A stretch of DNA of 64,000 nt from Mobula hypostoma (Eukaryota), in assembly GCF_963921235.1 (NCBI RefSeq), contig NC_086108.1, forward strand, positions 5,332,001 through 5,396,000. The letters are read 5' to 3'. The notes under the pieces are model-generated. The model worked only from the letters and a program-made list of their open reading frames with translations. It was not told the DNA's origin and did no database searches. Both the position numbers and the translations under genes were made by a program. How positions within the stretch are numbered: the first letter of the stretch is position 1; every line of letters starts with the position of its first letter. This document shows positions 26,140-38,750 of the stretch, in pieces.

Positions 26140-26452
26140 CGTTGGCGCGTGGCTAAGTGGTTAAGGCGTTCGTCTAGTGATTTGAAGGTCGCTAGTTCAA
26201 GCCTTGGCTGAGGCAGTGTGTTGTGTCCTTGAGCAAGGTACTTAACCACACATTGCTCTGCGATGACACTGGTGCTAAGCTGTATGGGTCCTAATGCCCT
26301 TCCCTTGGACAACATTGGTGGCGTGGAGAGGGGAGACTTGCAGCATGGGCAACTGCTGGTCTTCCATACAACCTTGCCCAGGCCTGTGCTCTGGAAACCT
26401 CCTAAGGTGCAAATCCGTGGTCTCATGAGACTAACGGATGCCTAAAAAAAAT
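26140..26452 (+). mobile_element. tRNA-derived SINE with CORE-like domain and A tail
   Basis: A box TGGCTAAGTGG, B box GTTCAAGCC, 'gtgtccttgagcaaggtacttaacc', poly-A. A second copy is at 47790-48095. Confidence 0.85.
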
Positions 26453-27099
26453 CTAAAATTAAATTAATTAGGTAGTAGAAAATGAGAGCAAAACAAAAAT
26501 AGTGAGGTAGTGTTGATGGGTTCAATGTCCATTCAGAAATCGGGTGGCAGAGGGGAAGAAGCTGTTCCCAAATCGTTGAGTGTGTGTCTTCAGGCTCCTG
26601 TACCTCCTTGCTGATGGTAGGGATGAGAAGAGGGCATGTCCTGGGTGATGGAGGTCCTTAGCGATGGGTGCTGGCTTTTGAAGGTGTCCTCAGTGCCGGG
26701 GAGGCCAGTGCCCACGACTGAGCTGGTTGAGTTTACAACCCTCTGCAGCTTTTTTCTGATCCTGTGCAGTGGCCCCTCCACACCAGGTGGTGATGCAGCC
26801 ATTTAGAGAACCTGCTCTGTTCCCCACAGTCGGTGTCTCATGATCTTATTTGGTTGAATAAGCATCGCACCCGTTTTGCACAGGCCACAATACAATGTTA
26901 TTTTCGTGCTGCTCCTTCCACTCCGTTTCCACCTGACCCTGAAATCATGTCAGATGTTAAATTACACCCAAATTGGTCTCAGATTGTCAGGAGCTCCCAA
27001 CCTTTATCATTTTCACCCCGGTCTTAGAACATAGAACCTTATAGCACAGTACAGGAGTACAGGCCCTTGGGCCCAAGATGTTGTGTCCCAACATCAATC

Positions 27100-27870
27100 T
27101 AAAACAACACACACAAAATGCAGGTCAGGAAATGAATAACCAGTCGATATTTTGGGCCGAGACCCTTCTTCATGATCGGAAAGGAAGTGGGAAAGAGGTC
27201 AGAATGAAATAGTTGGGGGAGGGAGGGGAAGGAGGATAGTTAGAAGGTGATAGGTGAAGCCAGGTGGGTGGGAAAGGTCAAAGGCTGGAGAGGAAGGAAT
27301 CTGATAGGAGAGNNNNNNNNNNNNNNNNNNNNNNNNNNNNNNNNNNNNNNNNNNNNNNNNNNNNNNNNNNNNNNNNNNNNNNNNNNNNNNNNNNNNNNNN
27401 NNNNNNNNNNNNNNNNNNNNNNNNNNNNNNNNNNNNNNNNNNNNNNNNNNNNNNNNNNNNNNNNNNNNNNNNNNNNNNNNNNNNNNNNNNNNNNNNNNNN
27501 NNNNNNNNNNNNAGGAGAGGCAGGTGGACCATAGGAGAAAGGGGAAGGATAAGGTGACCCAGGGGGAAGAAAGTACAGGTGGAGAAGAGGTAAATGGTAA
27601 AAGAGAATGGGGAGTATAGGAGGGGTGGGGGTGGGGGATAATTTGTTTACCTAAGGGAGGAATTGATATTTGTGCCATCAGTTTGGAGGCTGCCCAGACA
27701 GAATACAAGGTGTTGTTCCTCCACCCTGAGGAGCACCTCTGACACAAGAGGAGGCCATGGACCGACATGTTAGAGTCAGATTTTAAACGTTGTGGCCACT
27801 GGGAAGTCCCTGCTTGTGGCAGATGGAAACAAGGTGCTCAGTGAAGCGGTTCCCTCAATTTACCAAGGGA
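27100..27870 (-). mobile_element. Penelope 3' remnant spanning the assembly gap
   Basis: Reverse complement of the GIY-YIG tail (MSVHGLL..) and the purine-rich pseudo-LTR, with a decayed hammerhead at about 27141-27178. Confidence 0.7.
27313..27512. other. Assembly gap (200 N)
   Basis: Run of N. Confidence 1.
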
Positions 27871-29169
27871 GTCTCAGCATTCGGAGTCTCGTACACAGCA
27901 GACAATCTAAAATCGATGTAAAACTCCACCCCTAGGTGGTCCTAAACCCAACTGTGAAAGAAGGAGGATTAGGCATGGGCTAGCAGCCCCATCCTGGAAA
28001 AATCCAGAGCTATGGGAATGCTGAATGAAGCTCCAAAGAGCTCATCCCTGGGAGAGAAGTGACCTTCACCTTTCAGACATACAAAGTCGTGTGGGTGAAA
28101 GTGGAAGTCACAAGGCTGATCAGCTTCTGGCCCAGGACAGAGTACTCCAGACAAGTCTTTGGTGGCTTATGAGACAGTAGTAGGCGATGGGATTTGGAGA
28201 AGAGGAAGACCAGGACCTAACTCTTCCTCCTACACAGCCTCCAATTATCAATCATTCATGTGCCTAAGAGTTTTTTAAATGTCCCTAATATACCTGCCTC
28301 TACCATCACCCCTGGCAGGGTCTTCCACACACCCATCACTCTCTGTGTAATAAACTTACCTCTGACATCCCCCCTGACGCTTCCCTCCAATCACCTTAAA
28401 ATTTATGCCCCTCACATTAGCCATTTCCCACCCTGGGGGAAAAAGTCTCTGGCTGTCCACTCGATCCGTGGCTCCTATCATCTTGTACACCTGTATCAAG
28501 TCACCAAATCAAACTAAATCTCTCCTGCTTGCCTATGATCTATATTCTCCCATTCCCTATGTGTTGATGTGTTTGTCTAAAAGCTTCTTAAATACCACTA
28601 TCACATCAGGTTCCAGCAGGCACCCACCACCCTCTCTCTATGTCATCTTGTACACCTCTGTCAAGCCTCACCTCTCATCTTCCTTCGCTCCAAAGAGAAA
28701 AGCCCGCGCTCACTCATACTTATACCCAATAAACACATGGCTCTCTATCCTGGTGCCAGCATCCTGGGTACCTCCTCTGCACTCTCTCTAAAGCTTCCAC
28801 ACTCCTTCCTATAATGAGGCGATTCAGAACTGAGCACAATACTCCAAGTGTGGTCTAACCAGGGTTTTACAGAGCTGCAACATTTTCTCTGGGCTCTCTG
28901 ATCCAAGAAGCACATAAAAGCCAAAGTCATATTTATTATCGAAGTATCATATATGTCACCATGTTCTATATCGAGATTATTTTTCTTGCAAGCATTTACA
29001 GGAAAATAAAAAATACAATAGAATTTACGAAAAACTATGCATAAATAAAGACTGACAGGTAATCAATGTGCAAAAGACAAACTGTGACAAATATAATAAT
29101 ACTGAGAGCACGAGTTGCAAGAGTATTGAAAGTGAGTATGTAGGTTGTGGGATCAGTTCAGAGTTGAGT

Positions 29170-29545
29170 TAAGTGAAGTTATCCACACTGGTTCAGGAGC
29201 CTGATGGTTGTGGGGTAATAACTGTTCCTGAACCTGGTGGTGTGGGACCTGAGGCTCATTGTGGTGAGTGAAAGTTATCCACACTGGTTCGGGAGCCTGA
29301 TAGTTGAGGGGTAATAACTGTTCCTGAACCTGGTGGGTGTGGGACCTGAGGCTCATTGTGGTGAGTGAAGTTATCCACACTGGTTCAGGAGCCTGATGGT
29401 TGTGGGGTAAAAATAACCTGTTCCTGAACCCTGGTGGTGTGGGACCTGGAGGCTCATTGTGGTGAGTGAAGTTATCCACACTGGTTCAGGAGCCTGATGG
29501 GTTGTGGGGTAGTAACTGTTCCTGAACCTGGTGGTGTGGGACCTG
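29170..29545. repeat. About 4 x 95-100 bp tandem amplification of a Rex-like LINE 3' segment
   Basis: The unit agtgaagttatccacactggttcaggagcctgatggttgtggggtaataactgttcctgaacctggtggtgtgggacctgaggctcattgtggtg is repeated with scattered single-base indels. Confidence 0.9.
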
Positions 29546-29639
29546 AGGGTCCTGTACCTCCTGTCTGATGGCAGCAGCAAGAAGAGAGCATGGCCTGGAT
29601 GGAAGGATACTGGAATCCCATCATAAATGAGGTGCTCGA

Positions 29640-29942
29640 GGGGGAGATTCAAACAAGAGGACATGAGTTGAGTGTTAAAGGGCAAAAGTTTAGGGGTAAA
29701 CATGAGGGGGAACTTCTTTGACTCAGAGAGTGGTAGCTGTGTGGGAACGAGCTTCCAGCAGAAGTGGTTGAGGCAGGTTCGATGTTGTTGTTTACAGTTA
29801 AATTGGATAGATATATGGACAGGAAAGGAATGGAGGGTTATGGGCTGAGTGCAGGTCGGTGGGACTAGGTGAAAGTAAGTAATTCGGCACGGAGTAGAAG
29901 GGCCGAGATGGCCTGTTTCCGTGCTGTAATTGTTATATGGTT
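29640..29942 (+). mobile_element. CR1 3' end, same young subfamily as 22096-24965 and 50496-51834
   Basis: Near-identical to 51530-51825, including the tail 'gcctgtttccgtgctgtaattgttatatgg'. Confidence 0.85.
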
Positions 29943-31564
29943 AAAAACAGGACTGTTTCCTTGCCATTTCATCTTCTTTGCCATATCCTTGCCATTTGAC
30001 CTTTGACCACCAGTGCCAAGATCTTACAGCTAAACCTAGGCAGGTGAGAAAATAACCAGCCAATGAGGACTTTCTTGCAATGACGGCACTGATGTGGGCT
30101 TGGTCCCCAGTCTCTGCAACAAGCACCAGTAATATGTGGCACGCAGTGTAAGGGTTAGTGCAATCTCTTTACAGCCCCAGCAATCTCTTTTGGAGTTTCA
30201 ATTCCCGCTGCTGACGGTAAGGATTTTGTATGCGTCTCCCCGTGACTGCATGGGTGCTCTGGTTTCCCTCCTGCATTCTCAAAGAGGGTACTGTAACGGG
30301 GTGAAAGCTAGTGAATTGTGGGCATGCTATGTTGGGTACCAGAATCGTGGTGACACTAGCTGCCCCCAGCACATGCTTGGACTATGTTGGCTCGTTAACA
30401 CAAATGACACATTTCACTGTCTGTGTTTGATGTAGATGTGATACATCTTTTTTTTTTCTTTATGCTTGCCAAGTCAAGATTGTTCATCAGTCCTCAGGAC
30501 TCTTCTAATGAAAGACCACTGGCCTCAAATGGGAGCCCTGTTTTTTTCTCTCTCGTTCCACAGCTGTTGCCTGGCCCTCTGAGTATTTCCTCACCAGATT
30601 CTGTTTTAATGTCAGATTTACACACACAACCTGGGAGACATTTTAAAGTTCAAAGTAAATTTTATTTTCAAAGTGCATACATGTCACCATACACAACCCT
30701 GTAGATTCGTTTTCTTGTGGGCATACTCCAATAAGACGATAGAATAATAACCATAACAGAATCCATGAAAGTCCAACTTGGGCGTTCAACCAGAGCGCAG
30801 GAGACAAGAAACTGTGCGAATATAAAAAGAAAGAAATAACAATAATGATAAAAAGATAAGCAATAAATATCAAGAACTTGAGATGAAGAGTCCTTGAAAA
30901 TGAGTCCATTGGTTGTGGTGAACATTTCAACGTTATGGGGGCAAAGTGAAGTTGAGTGAAGTTATCCCCATTGTGGGCTGCCCCAGCCCTTTCTCGGATT
31001 GTGTTTGGTTGTTGATGCAAAAATGATGCAGTACATTTCAATGTTTTGATGCGCATGTGAACATATAAAGCTGATCTTTAATGAGCTGAGCGACTGTGTT
31101 TGAAGAAATGTACCTGGTTGGCCCCACACATCTAGGAGAAATTCCCTGTTCTTTCTTCTTGTCGGTTCACCGTCGATGGAGGAGAACGAAAATGGAAGTT
31201 GAGAGGGGAGGAAGCGTTAGGGAGGGAATCCTGGAGCCCAGACGGCGGAGGGCTCAATCCTAATGGTGGAGTGATTAAACGTAGGGAGGGTAAGTTGCTG
31301 GAATTGGAGGTGGATCATCTCCTGAGCATTGAGCTGTGGTGGCCATCTTGGTCACCATGGACCACCAGTTGGCCTGAAGGTCCCGTTTCTGTGCTGTACT
31401 ACATTACAGAGTCACGAACTGTCAGCTCCCGATGCAGGGTGCTACTGAACCTTAGCAAAACCAAGCTATCCATTTTTACTCCCTTGAGACCTGTCCCTAT
31501 TGAAACAGGAGATGGGAGGTTTCTCTCTGAATCTTCTCCCTATTGGAACAGGAGATGGGATATG

Positions 31565-31960
31565 GTGTTCAGTGTTTGCTGAGTCTGGCAACCAGCTTGC
31601 AGGCGTTTCATCACCAGTCCAGGTAAATCCTCAGTGTGGAGTTGTTGGTGTTTCTCTCCGCAAGTGCCCATGTTTATACGTGCCCCATTTGCTTGCCTTG
31701 GTTCTGCTTTTCTACCCCTTCAGTTGAAGTTTGAATTCTATTGGCTTGCGTTTCTTTGGCTTTTAAGGGTTCATAGATGGTGTCTATTTCAATAAGTTTA
31801 CTTACAGAGTTACCAGAAGGTCAACTGAACACTCCCAGAGAGAAACACCACTATCTGTACACTGAGGATGTCTCCTCGACTGGTGATGAAACGTCTGCAA
31901 ACTAGTTGCCAAGCTTGGCGAACACTGAACATCAAACACCTCAGCCCGAGCTACCAACAT
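31565..31960. mobile_element. Second Penelope family: ORF C-terminus with inverted pseudo-LTRs, each with a hammerhead motif
   Basis: 31565-31658 and 31838-31930 are inverted repeats. CTGAGGA...GAAACGTC at 31862-31895. The minus-strand interior encodes NSVSKLIEIDTIYEPLK (resembles a PLE ORF end). Confidence 0.75.
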
Positions 31961-32319
31961 TCACCAGCATCTGAAGGAGCTAGGAGGTTTTCTACACACA
32001 AGCGATTCTGCAGATGCTGGAAATCCAAAAGTAACACACACAAGGTGCTGGAGGAAATCAGCAGGTCAGGCTCCATCCACGCAGAGGAATAAAGAGTTGA
32101 CGTTTCAGGCCAAGACCCTTCATCTGATCTGCTAAGTTCCTCTGGCATTCTGTGGGACATTCTCTTATCCATCCTGATAGAAAAACACTGACTCCTCAAA
32201 TAAATTTTGTACTGACATGTTCCTAATGACTTGGATTTCAGATTTGTTTCTCACATGTACATTGAAAATTGTGGTAAAATGCATCACTTGCATTAACAAC
32301 TAACACAACCGAGGAATGT

Positions 32320-33112
32320 CGTAAAGTGTATGGCCATGCACTTTGGTAGAAGAAACAGAAGTGTACACTGTTTTCTAAATGGAGAGAAAATTCAAAAATC
32401 GGAAGTGTATAGAGACTTGAGCATCCTCAAGCAGGATCCCCTAAAGGTTAACTTTAGCTTTTGGTGAGGAAGGCAAATGCAACGTTAGCATTCATTTCGA
32501 GAGGTCTAGAATATAAAAGCCAAGGATGTAATGTTGAGGCACTGGCGGGGCCTCACTTGGAGTATTGTGAGCAGTTTTGGGCCCCTTATCTAAGAAAGGA
32601 TGTGCTGACGTTGGAGAGGGTTCAGAGGAGGTTCATGAGAATTATTCTGGGATTGAAAGGCTTGTCATATGAGGAGTGTTTGATAGCTATGGATCTGTAC
32701 AATGGAATTCAGAAAAATTGGGGGCGGGCAGATCTCATTGAAACCTATTTAATGTTGAAAGACTTTGATGGAGTGGATGTGGAGAGAATGTTTCCTGTGG
32801 AGGGGGGGATCTAAGACCAGAGGACACAGCCTCAGAATAGAGAGGCGTCCTTTTGGAACAGAGTTGAGGAGGAATTTCTTTAACGAGAGAGTGCTGAATC
32901 TCTGGAATTTGTTACCACAGGCAGCTGTGGAGACCAAGTCATTGGGTATATTTAAGGCAGAGGTTGATAGATTCTTGATTAGTCAGGCCATGAAGGGATG
33001 CAGAGAGAAGGCAGAAGATTGGGCCTGAGAGGGATAATGGATCAGTCATGATGAAATGATGTAGGAGGCTTGATGGGCCAAATGGCCTACTTCTGCTCCT
33101 ATATCTTATGGT
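32320..33112 (+). mobile_element. CR1 3' fragment
   Basis: ORFs 32461 and 32765: PHLEYCEQFWAPYL..., RRNFFNERVLNLWN. Confidence 0.85.
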
Positions 33113-33574
33113 CGTACGTGCTGTGGGCAGTCTGCAAGTATCACCACAGATTCTGGCACCAACAGTGCATGCCCACAATGCCTGGCAGAACAACACAGAA
33201 CACAACAAGCAACACAATAACAACAGCTAAAATAAACAAAATCTGCAGATGCTGGAAATTCAAAGCGACACGCACGAAATGCTGGAGCAACTCAGCAGCT
33301 CAGGCAGCATCTATGGAAAAGAGTAACCAGTTGATGCTAAAACCAGCCCATTTCCTCCTTCCCTCACTGCCACGCACACAGATGTTCCTCCAGACTCCAG
33401 GCTTCAGACATTAGCCTTCAACTTCCCGACTTCTCATTGACCTTTGAGTTTTGATCATTAACATCAACCCCCGGTCTGGCCTACATCGGGATCCTGAAGT
33501 CCCATCTCGAACTACAGCACCAAGGATTAATCTTTGGAATCTGTTTAGTCATACATTCACAGAACAATGCAGTA

Positions 33575-33780
33575 CTGTAGCGTAGTGGTAGGCAGGGCTT
33601 TACAGTACAGGTGACCTAGGTTCATTTCCCACCACTGACTGTAAGGAGTTCATATGTCCTCCCTGTGACTGTGTGGGTTTCCTCCGGGTGCTCTCGTTTC
33701 CTCCCACAGTCCAAAGACCTACCGGTTAGTAGGTTAATTAGTTATTGTAAATCATCCCGTGATTAGGCTAGGATTAAATC
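33575..33780 (+). mobile_element. V-SINE (HE1-like)
   Basis: tRNA-like head 'gtagcgtagtggta'; V domain tgggtttcctccgggtgctc. Confidence 0.75.
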
Positions 33781-33859
33781 GTACTGAATGGCACATTAAC
33801 TGGTAATTGGAAATAATTTGAAAGACGTGTAGCTCAGACGGTCAATGGTTGCGTTGAGT

Positions 33860-35912
33860 TTTTCTCTGATCTTAGCAATTTACTTGTAAATATTTCATCA
33901 ACATATGAAGACATCATCAGTGACCTGTTCACTTGTAGTGTGTCCTCCAAGTCTTTGGCCTTTACAGAGGTATGCAAAAGTTTGGGCACCCCTGGTCAAA
34001 ATTTCTGTTACTGTGAATAGCTAAGCGAGTAAAAGATGACCTGATTTCCAAAAGGCATAAAGTTAAAGATGACACATTTCTTTACTATTTTAAGCAAAAT
34101 TACTTTTTTATTTCCATCTTTTACAGTTTCAAAATAACAAAAAAGGAAAAGGGCACGAAGCAAAAGTTTGGTCAGTACTTAGTAACACTCCCTTTAGCAA
34201 GTATCACAGCTTGTAAATGCTTTCTGTAGCCAGCTAAGAGTCTTTCAATTCTTGTTTGGGGGATTTTCGCCCATTTTTCCTTGCAAAAGGCTTCTAGTTC
34301 TATCAGATTCTTGGGCCGTCTTGCAAGCACTGCTCTTTTAAGGTCTATCCACAGATTCTCGATGACGTTGAGGTCGGGGGACTGTGAGGGCCATGGCAAA
34401 ACCTTCAGCTTGCACCTCTTGAGGTAGTCCATTGTGGATTTTGAGGTGTGTTTAGGATCATTATCCTGTTGTAGAAGCCATCCTCTTTTCATCTTCAGCT
34501 TTTTTACAGACGGTGTGATGTTTGCTTCCGGAATTTGTTGGTATTTGATTAAATTCATTCTTTCCTCTACCAGTGAAATGTTCCCCGTGTCACTGGCTGC
34601 AACACAAGCCCAAAGCATGATCGATCCACCCCCGTGCTTAACAGTTGGAGAGGTGTTCTTTTCATGAAGTTCTGCACCCTTACCTTTGCTCATTGCGGCC
34701 AAAAAGTTCTATTTTATCTTCATCAGTTCACAGGACCTGTTTCCAAAATGCACCAGACTTGTTTAGATGTTCCTTTGCAAACTTCTGACACTGAATTTTG
34801 TGGTGAGGACACAGGAAAGGTTTTCTTCTGATGACTCTTCCATGAAGGTCATATTTGTGCAGGTGTCACTGCACAGTAGAACAGTGCACCAGCACTCCAG
34901 AGTCTGCTAAATCTTCCTGAAGGTCTTTTGCAGTCAAATGGGGGTTTTGATTTGCCTTTCTAACAATCCTACGAGCAGTTCTCTCGGAAAGTTTTCTTGG
35001 TCTTCCAGACCTCAACTTGACCTCCACCGTTCCTGTTAACTGCCGTTTCTTAATTACATTACGAACTGAGGAAACAGCTACCTGAAAACGCTTAGCTATC
35101 TTCTTATAGCCTTCTCCTGCTTTGTGGGCATCAATTATTTTAATTGTCAGAGTGCTAGGCAGCTGCTTAGAGGAGCCCATGGTTGCTGATTGTTGGGACA
35201 AGGTTTGAGAAGTCAGGGTATTTATAAAGCTTTGAAATTTGCATCACCTGGCCTTTCCTAATGATGACTGTGAACAAGCCATAGCCCTAACAAGCTAATT
35301 AAGGTCTGAAAACTTGGTAGAAGTTATCTGAGAGCTCAAATCTCTTGGGGTGCCCAAACTTTTGCATGGTGCTCCTTTCCTTTTTTCACCCTAAAATTGT
35401 ACAAAACAAAAATAATACACTAATCTTGCTTAAAATGTTGAAAAGAATGTTTCATCTTTAACTTTATGACGCTTGGAGATCAGTTCATCTTCTACTCACT
35501 CAACTATTCACAGTAACAGAAATTTTGACCGGGGCGCCCAAACCTTTGCATGCCACTGTATATATTTATCATTCAGCTGATTGGTCATCATTTCGGAAAC
35601 TCAATTGTGATATGGGGAAGAAATCTCATCACTGATTGGCCACAATGCACATAGTTCACCATGCAGCCAATCAGCGATGAGACCCCCTCCCCTCATCACA
35701 ATTGAGTATCTGAAATGCTAACCAATCAGCTGATTGATAAGTATATAAAGGCTGAGCATTCAGAGGACACACCACAGTGCTCCACTAAGCTGGGTGCCAA
35801 CCGCCGTAAAACAAGAAGAAGAAGGACACACCACAATCAACAGCGCACAGCGCACTGATGAACTCTCCTGATATGCTGATGAAACGTTTGCAAGTAAATC
35901 GCCAAACTCGGG
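33860..35912. mobile_element. Fold-back Penelope-like non-coding element (host of the Tc1)
   Basis: After removing the Tc1, 33860-33964 + 35561-35640 is the inverse of 35666-35912. Outward-facing hammerhead cores sit at about 33885-33923 (-) and 35854-35890 (+). Confidence 0.7.
33965..35558 (-). mobile_element. Full-length Tc1-family DNA transposon (IR/DR type, DD34E), inactivated
   Basis: TA at both flanks (33963-33964, 35559-35560). TIRs of about 210 bp with internal direct repeats (GCAAAAGTTTGG at 33974 and 34160). Transposase pieces: GEGYKKIAK..GRPRK (34866-35201), VL*TDE, and QQDNDPKH..WPSQSPDLNVIE with 34 residues between D and E (34172-34702). Confidence 0.95.
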
Positions 35913-36759
35913 GAATAATTGGTCATTGTAAATTGTCCCATGATTAGGCTAGGGTTAAATTGGGGGTTGCTGGGTGACGTGGCTCGAAAGGCCTGAAACA
36001 TGCCGTATCCCAATAAATAAATTAATTAAATAAAACAAGTAAAAATAAATAGATAAAGTCCTTCAGCCCAACGAGTCCATCCCAGCTGCATTGTCCATCC
36101 AACTACTCTCAAACTCCTGAGCACCATCCCACCAGCTTCTTCCTTTCCGCGCCTTCTGACACACCAGGCGACAACCTTGCAGTTTCTTTAGCATTTCTAT
36201 CTGCTTTTTTCGAGGCTGAGTTGCTCGCTCGCACGCAACCCAGCATGGATAAAAAGCGTGCAAGGAGTCGGCCCAATGCCAACCCAGGACCACTCTCCTC
36301 GAGGTCCGGTGCAGATGCCACCACACCAGCAGCTGGCTACGCCTCTCTGAACCTCTAACTTTATTTTTAATTCAACTCCTTATTCACATTGAATTAGGAG
36401 TTGTGATTTTGCCCACACTGACTGTGCCACACATTTATCATTGACTAGTTTAAGATAACAAGCTACTACAAGAAGCAAGCTGCTTCTCACTGCCTCAGTA
36501 AAGCAGCCAGCATAATCAAAGACCTCACCAACCCCCGACATTCTCTCTTCTCCCCTGTCCCATCGGGCAGAAGGTAGAAAAGCCTGAAAGCACATCCCAC
36601 CAGGCTCAGGGACAGCCTCTATCCCACTGTTATCAGACTATTGAATGGACCTCCTGTATGATGAGAAGGATCCTTGGCCTCATAATGGCCTTGCAGCTTA
36701 TTGTCTGCCTGGAGACCTAAGGACTCACTTTCAAGGACTCTACAACTCACGTTCTAAAT

Positions 36760-37340
36760 ATAGTCATAGAGCCATAGAAAAGTACACCACAGAAACAGGC
36801 CATTTGGCCAATCAAGTCCGTGCTGAACCATTTAAACCGCCTACTCCCAATAACCATAGACCTCCATACCCCTACCATCCTTGTACCTATCCAAACTTCT
36901 CTTAAACATTGAAATCGAGCTCGCGTGCACCACCTGCTCTGTCAGCTCGTTCCACACTCTCACTACCCTCTGAGTGAAGAAGTTTCCCCTCATGTTCCCC
37001 ATAATCTTTTCACCTTTCACCCTTAACCCATGATTTCCAGTTGTAGTCCCACCCAAACTCAGTGGGGAAAAAACTATTTTAATTTACCCTATCTATACTG
37101 CTCATAATTTTGTAGACCTCTCAAACTTCTATGTTCAAAATCCTAATGTATTCAACCTTTCTGTATAAATCAGATTTTCTAGTTCCAGCAATATCCTTGT
37201 AAATTTTCTCTGTATTCTTTCAACCTTATTTACATCTTTCCTGTAGGTAGGTGACCAAATATGCACACAATGCTCCAAATTAGTTCTCACCAACATCTTG
37301 TACAACTTCAACATAACATCCCATCTCCTGTACTCAATAT
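36760..37340 (-). mobile_element. CR1 3' fragment
   Basis: ORF 36841-37056: GNMRGNFFTQRVVRVWNEL. Confidence 0.8.
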
Positions 37341-37662
37341 TATCTGTCTACCCGTCTATCTGTCTGTCTACCTGTCTATCTGTCTGTCTGTCTATCCATC
37401 TATCTGTCTACCTGTCTGTCTATCTGTTTGTCTACCTGTCTGTCTGTCCGTCTACCTATCTGTCTACCTGTCTGCCTGTCCGTCTGTCTGTCTGTCTGTC
37501 CGTCTACTTATCTGTCTACCTGTCTGACTGTCTGTCTGTCTACCTGTCTGTCTGTCCGTCTACCTATCTATCTACCTGTCTGACTATCTGTCTGTCTGTC
37601 TACCTGTCTGACTGTCTGTCTGTCTGCCTGTCTGTCTGTCTAGCTATTTATGTATGTATCTA
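37340..37662. repeat. Compound tetranucleotide microsatellite (TCTG/TCTA/CCTG)
   Basis: Direct inspection. Confidence 0.95.
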
Positions 37663-38067
37663 TTATGTATTTTCGTATTCATACAGTTTGTCTTCTTTTG
37701 CATATTGGTCGTTTGTCCATCTTTGTGTGCAGTTTTTCTTTGTTCTATTGTGAATGCCTGAAAGAAAATGAATCTCAGGGATATGGTGACATGTAGATTC
37801 TTTGGTAGTAAACTTACTTTGAACTTTACACTGCACTTTCTTGGTAACTGTAACACTTCATTCTGCGTTCTGTTTTCGTTTCCTCAATGCGCTGATGTGA
37901 GGAAATGATCTGTATCGCTGGCATGCAAAACAAAGATTTTCATTGTACCTCAGTAACCCAATTAAAAGAGATGTAGTCTACGTCAACCAGTTCCTCTGGG
38001 AACTCATTCCCTCCTCTCACCACCCTCTTGGTAAAGGAGCTGCCCTCAGGTGCCATGCTGCTCGACT

Positions 38068-38750
38068 CTGTGGCCACTTTTCTAGGTTCACCTGTACACC
38101 TGCTCATTAATCAGCCAATCGTGTGGCAGCAACTCAATGCAGAGAAGCACGAAGACGTGGTCAGGAGGTTCAGTTGTTGTTCAGACCAAACATCAGGATA
38201 GGGAAAGATTCTGACCCCGGAATGATCGTTGGTGCCGGACAGGGTGGTTTGAGTATCTCAGAAACTGCTGATCTCCTGGGATTTTCACGCACAACAGACT
38301 CTAGAGGTTACAGAGGTTGATGCAAAACACACAAAAGGACTAGAACTTCCAGACTGGGTAATACTAGGACTAGGACACAGGTGACTAAGACAGCAAGCTG
38401 TTAACTGTTTACCAACCTGTTTACTATTTATTGTTCACCCATGCTATTCACTACACACTTTTTGAACTATGTTTTATTCACTTATTTATGGTAATATTTT
38501 GTTTTGTGTGTGATTTATGGTTTGTGGGTGCATAGTGGTCCGGAGGAACATTGTTCTGTTTGGTTGTATATACGTACAGTCGTTGACAATAAACTTGAAC
38601 TCAGACTACAAAAGCCTGTGCAGAAGAGCATCTCTAAAGGCACAACACATCGAACTTTGAAGTGGATGGGCTACAGCAGCAGAAGATCATGCAGGTACAC
38701 ACAGAGGCCACTGTGTTAGGTACAGGAGGTACCTGATACTGTGGCCACTG
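38068..38750 (+). mobile_element. Degraded non-autonomous Tc1 (same family as 13387-13929), interrupted
   Basis: TIR remnants 'gtggccactttt..taggt' and 'gtacctgatactgtggccactg'; ISETADLLGFSRTT. Confidence 0.7.

Noticed and set aside
26140..26220. tRNA gene
   Set aside because: A/B boxes are present but continue into a SINE body and A tail, with a second copy at 47790.
31170..31300. Possible plus-strand exon ending in G|GTAAGT
   Set aside because: No recognisable protein similarity and no convincing acceptor or partner exons.
37261..37753. ORFs with VYLS/CLSV repeats
   Set aside because: Translation of a tetranucleotide microsatellite.
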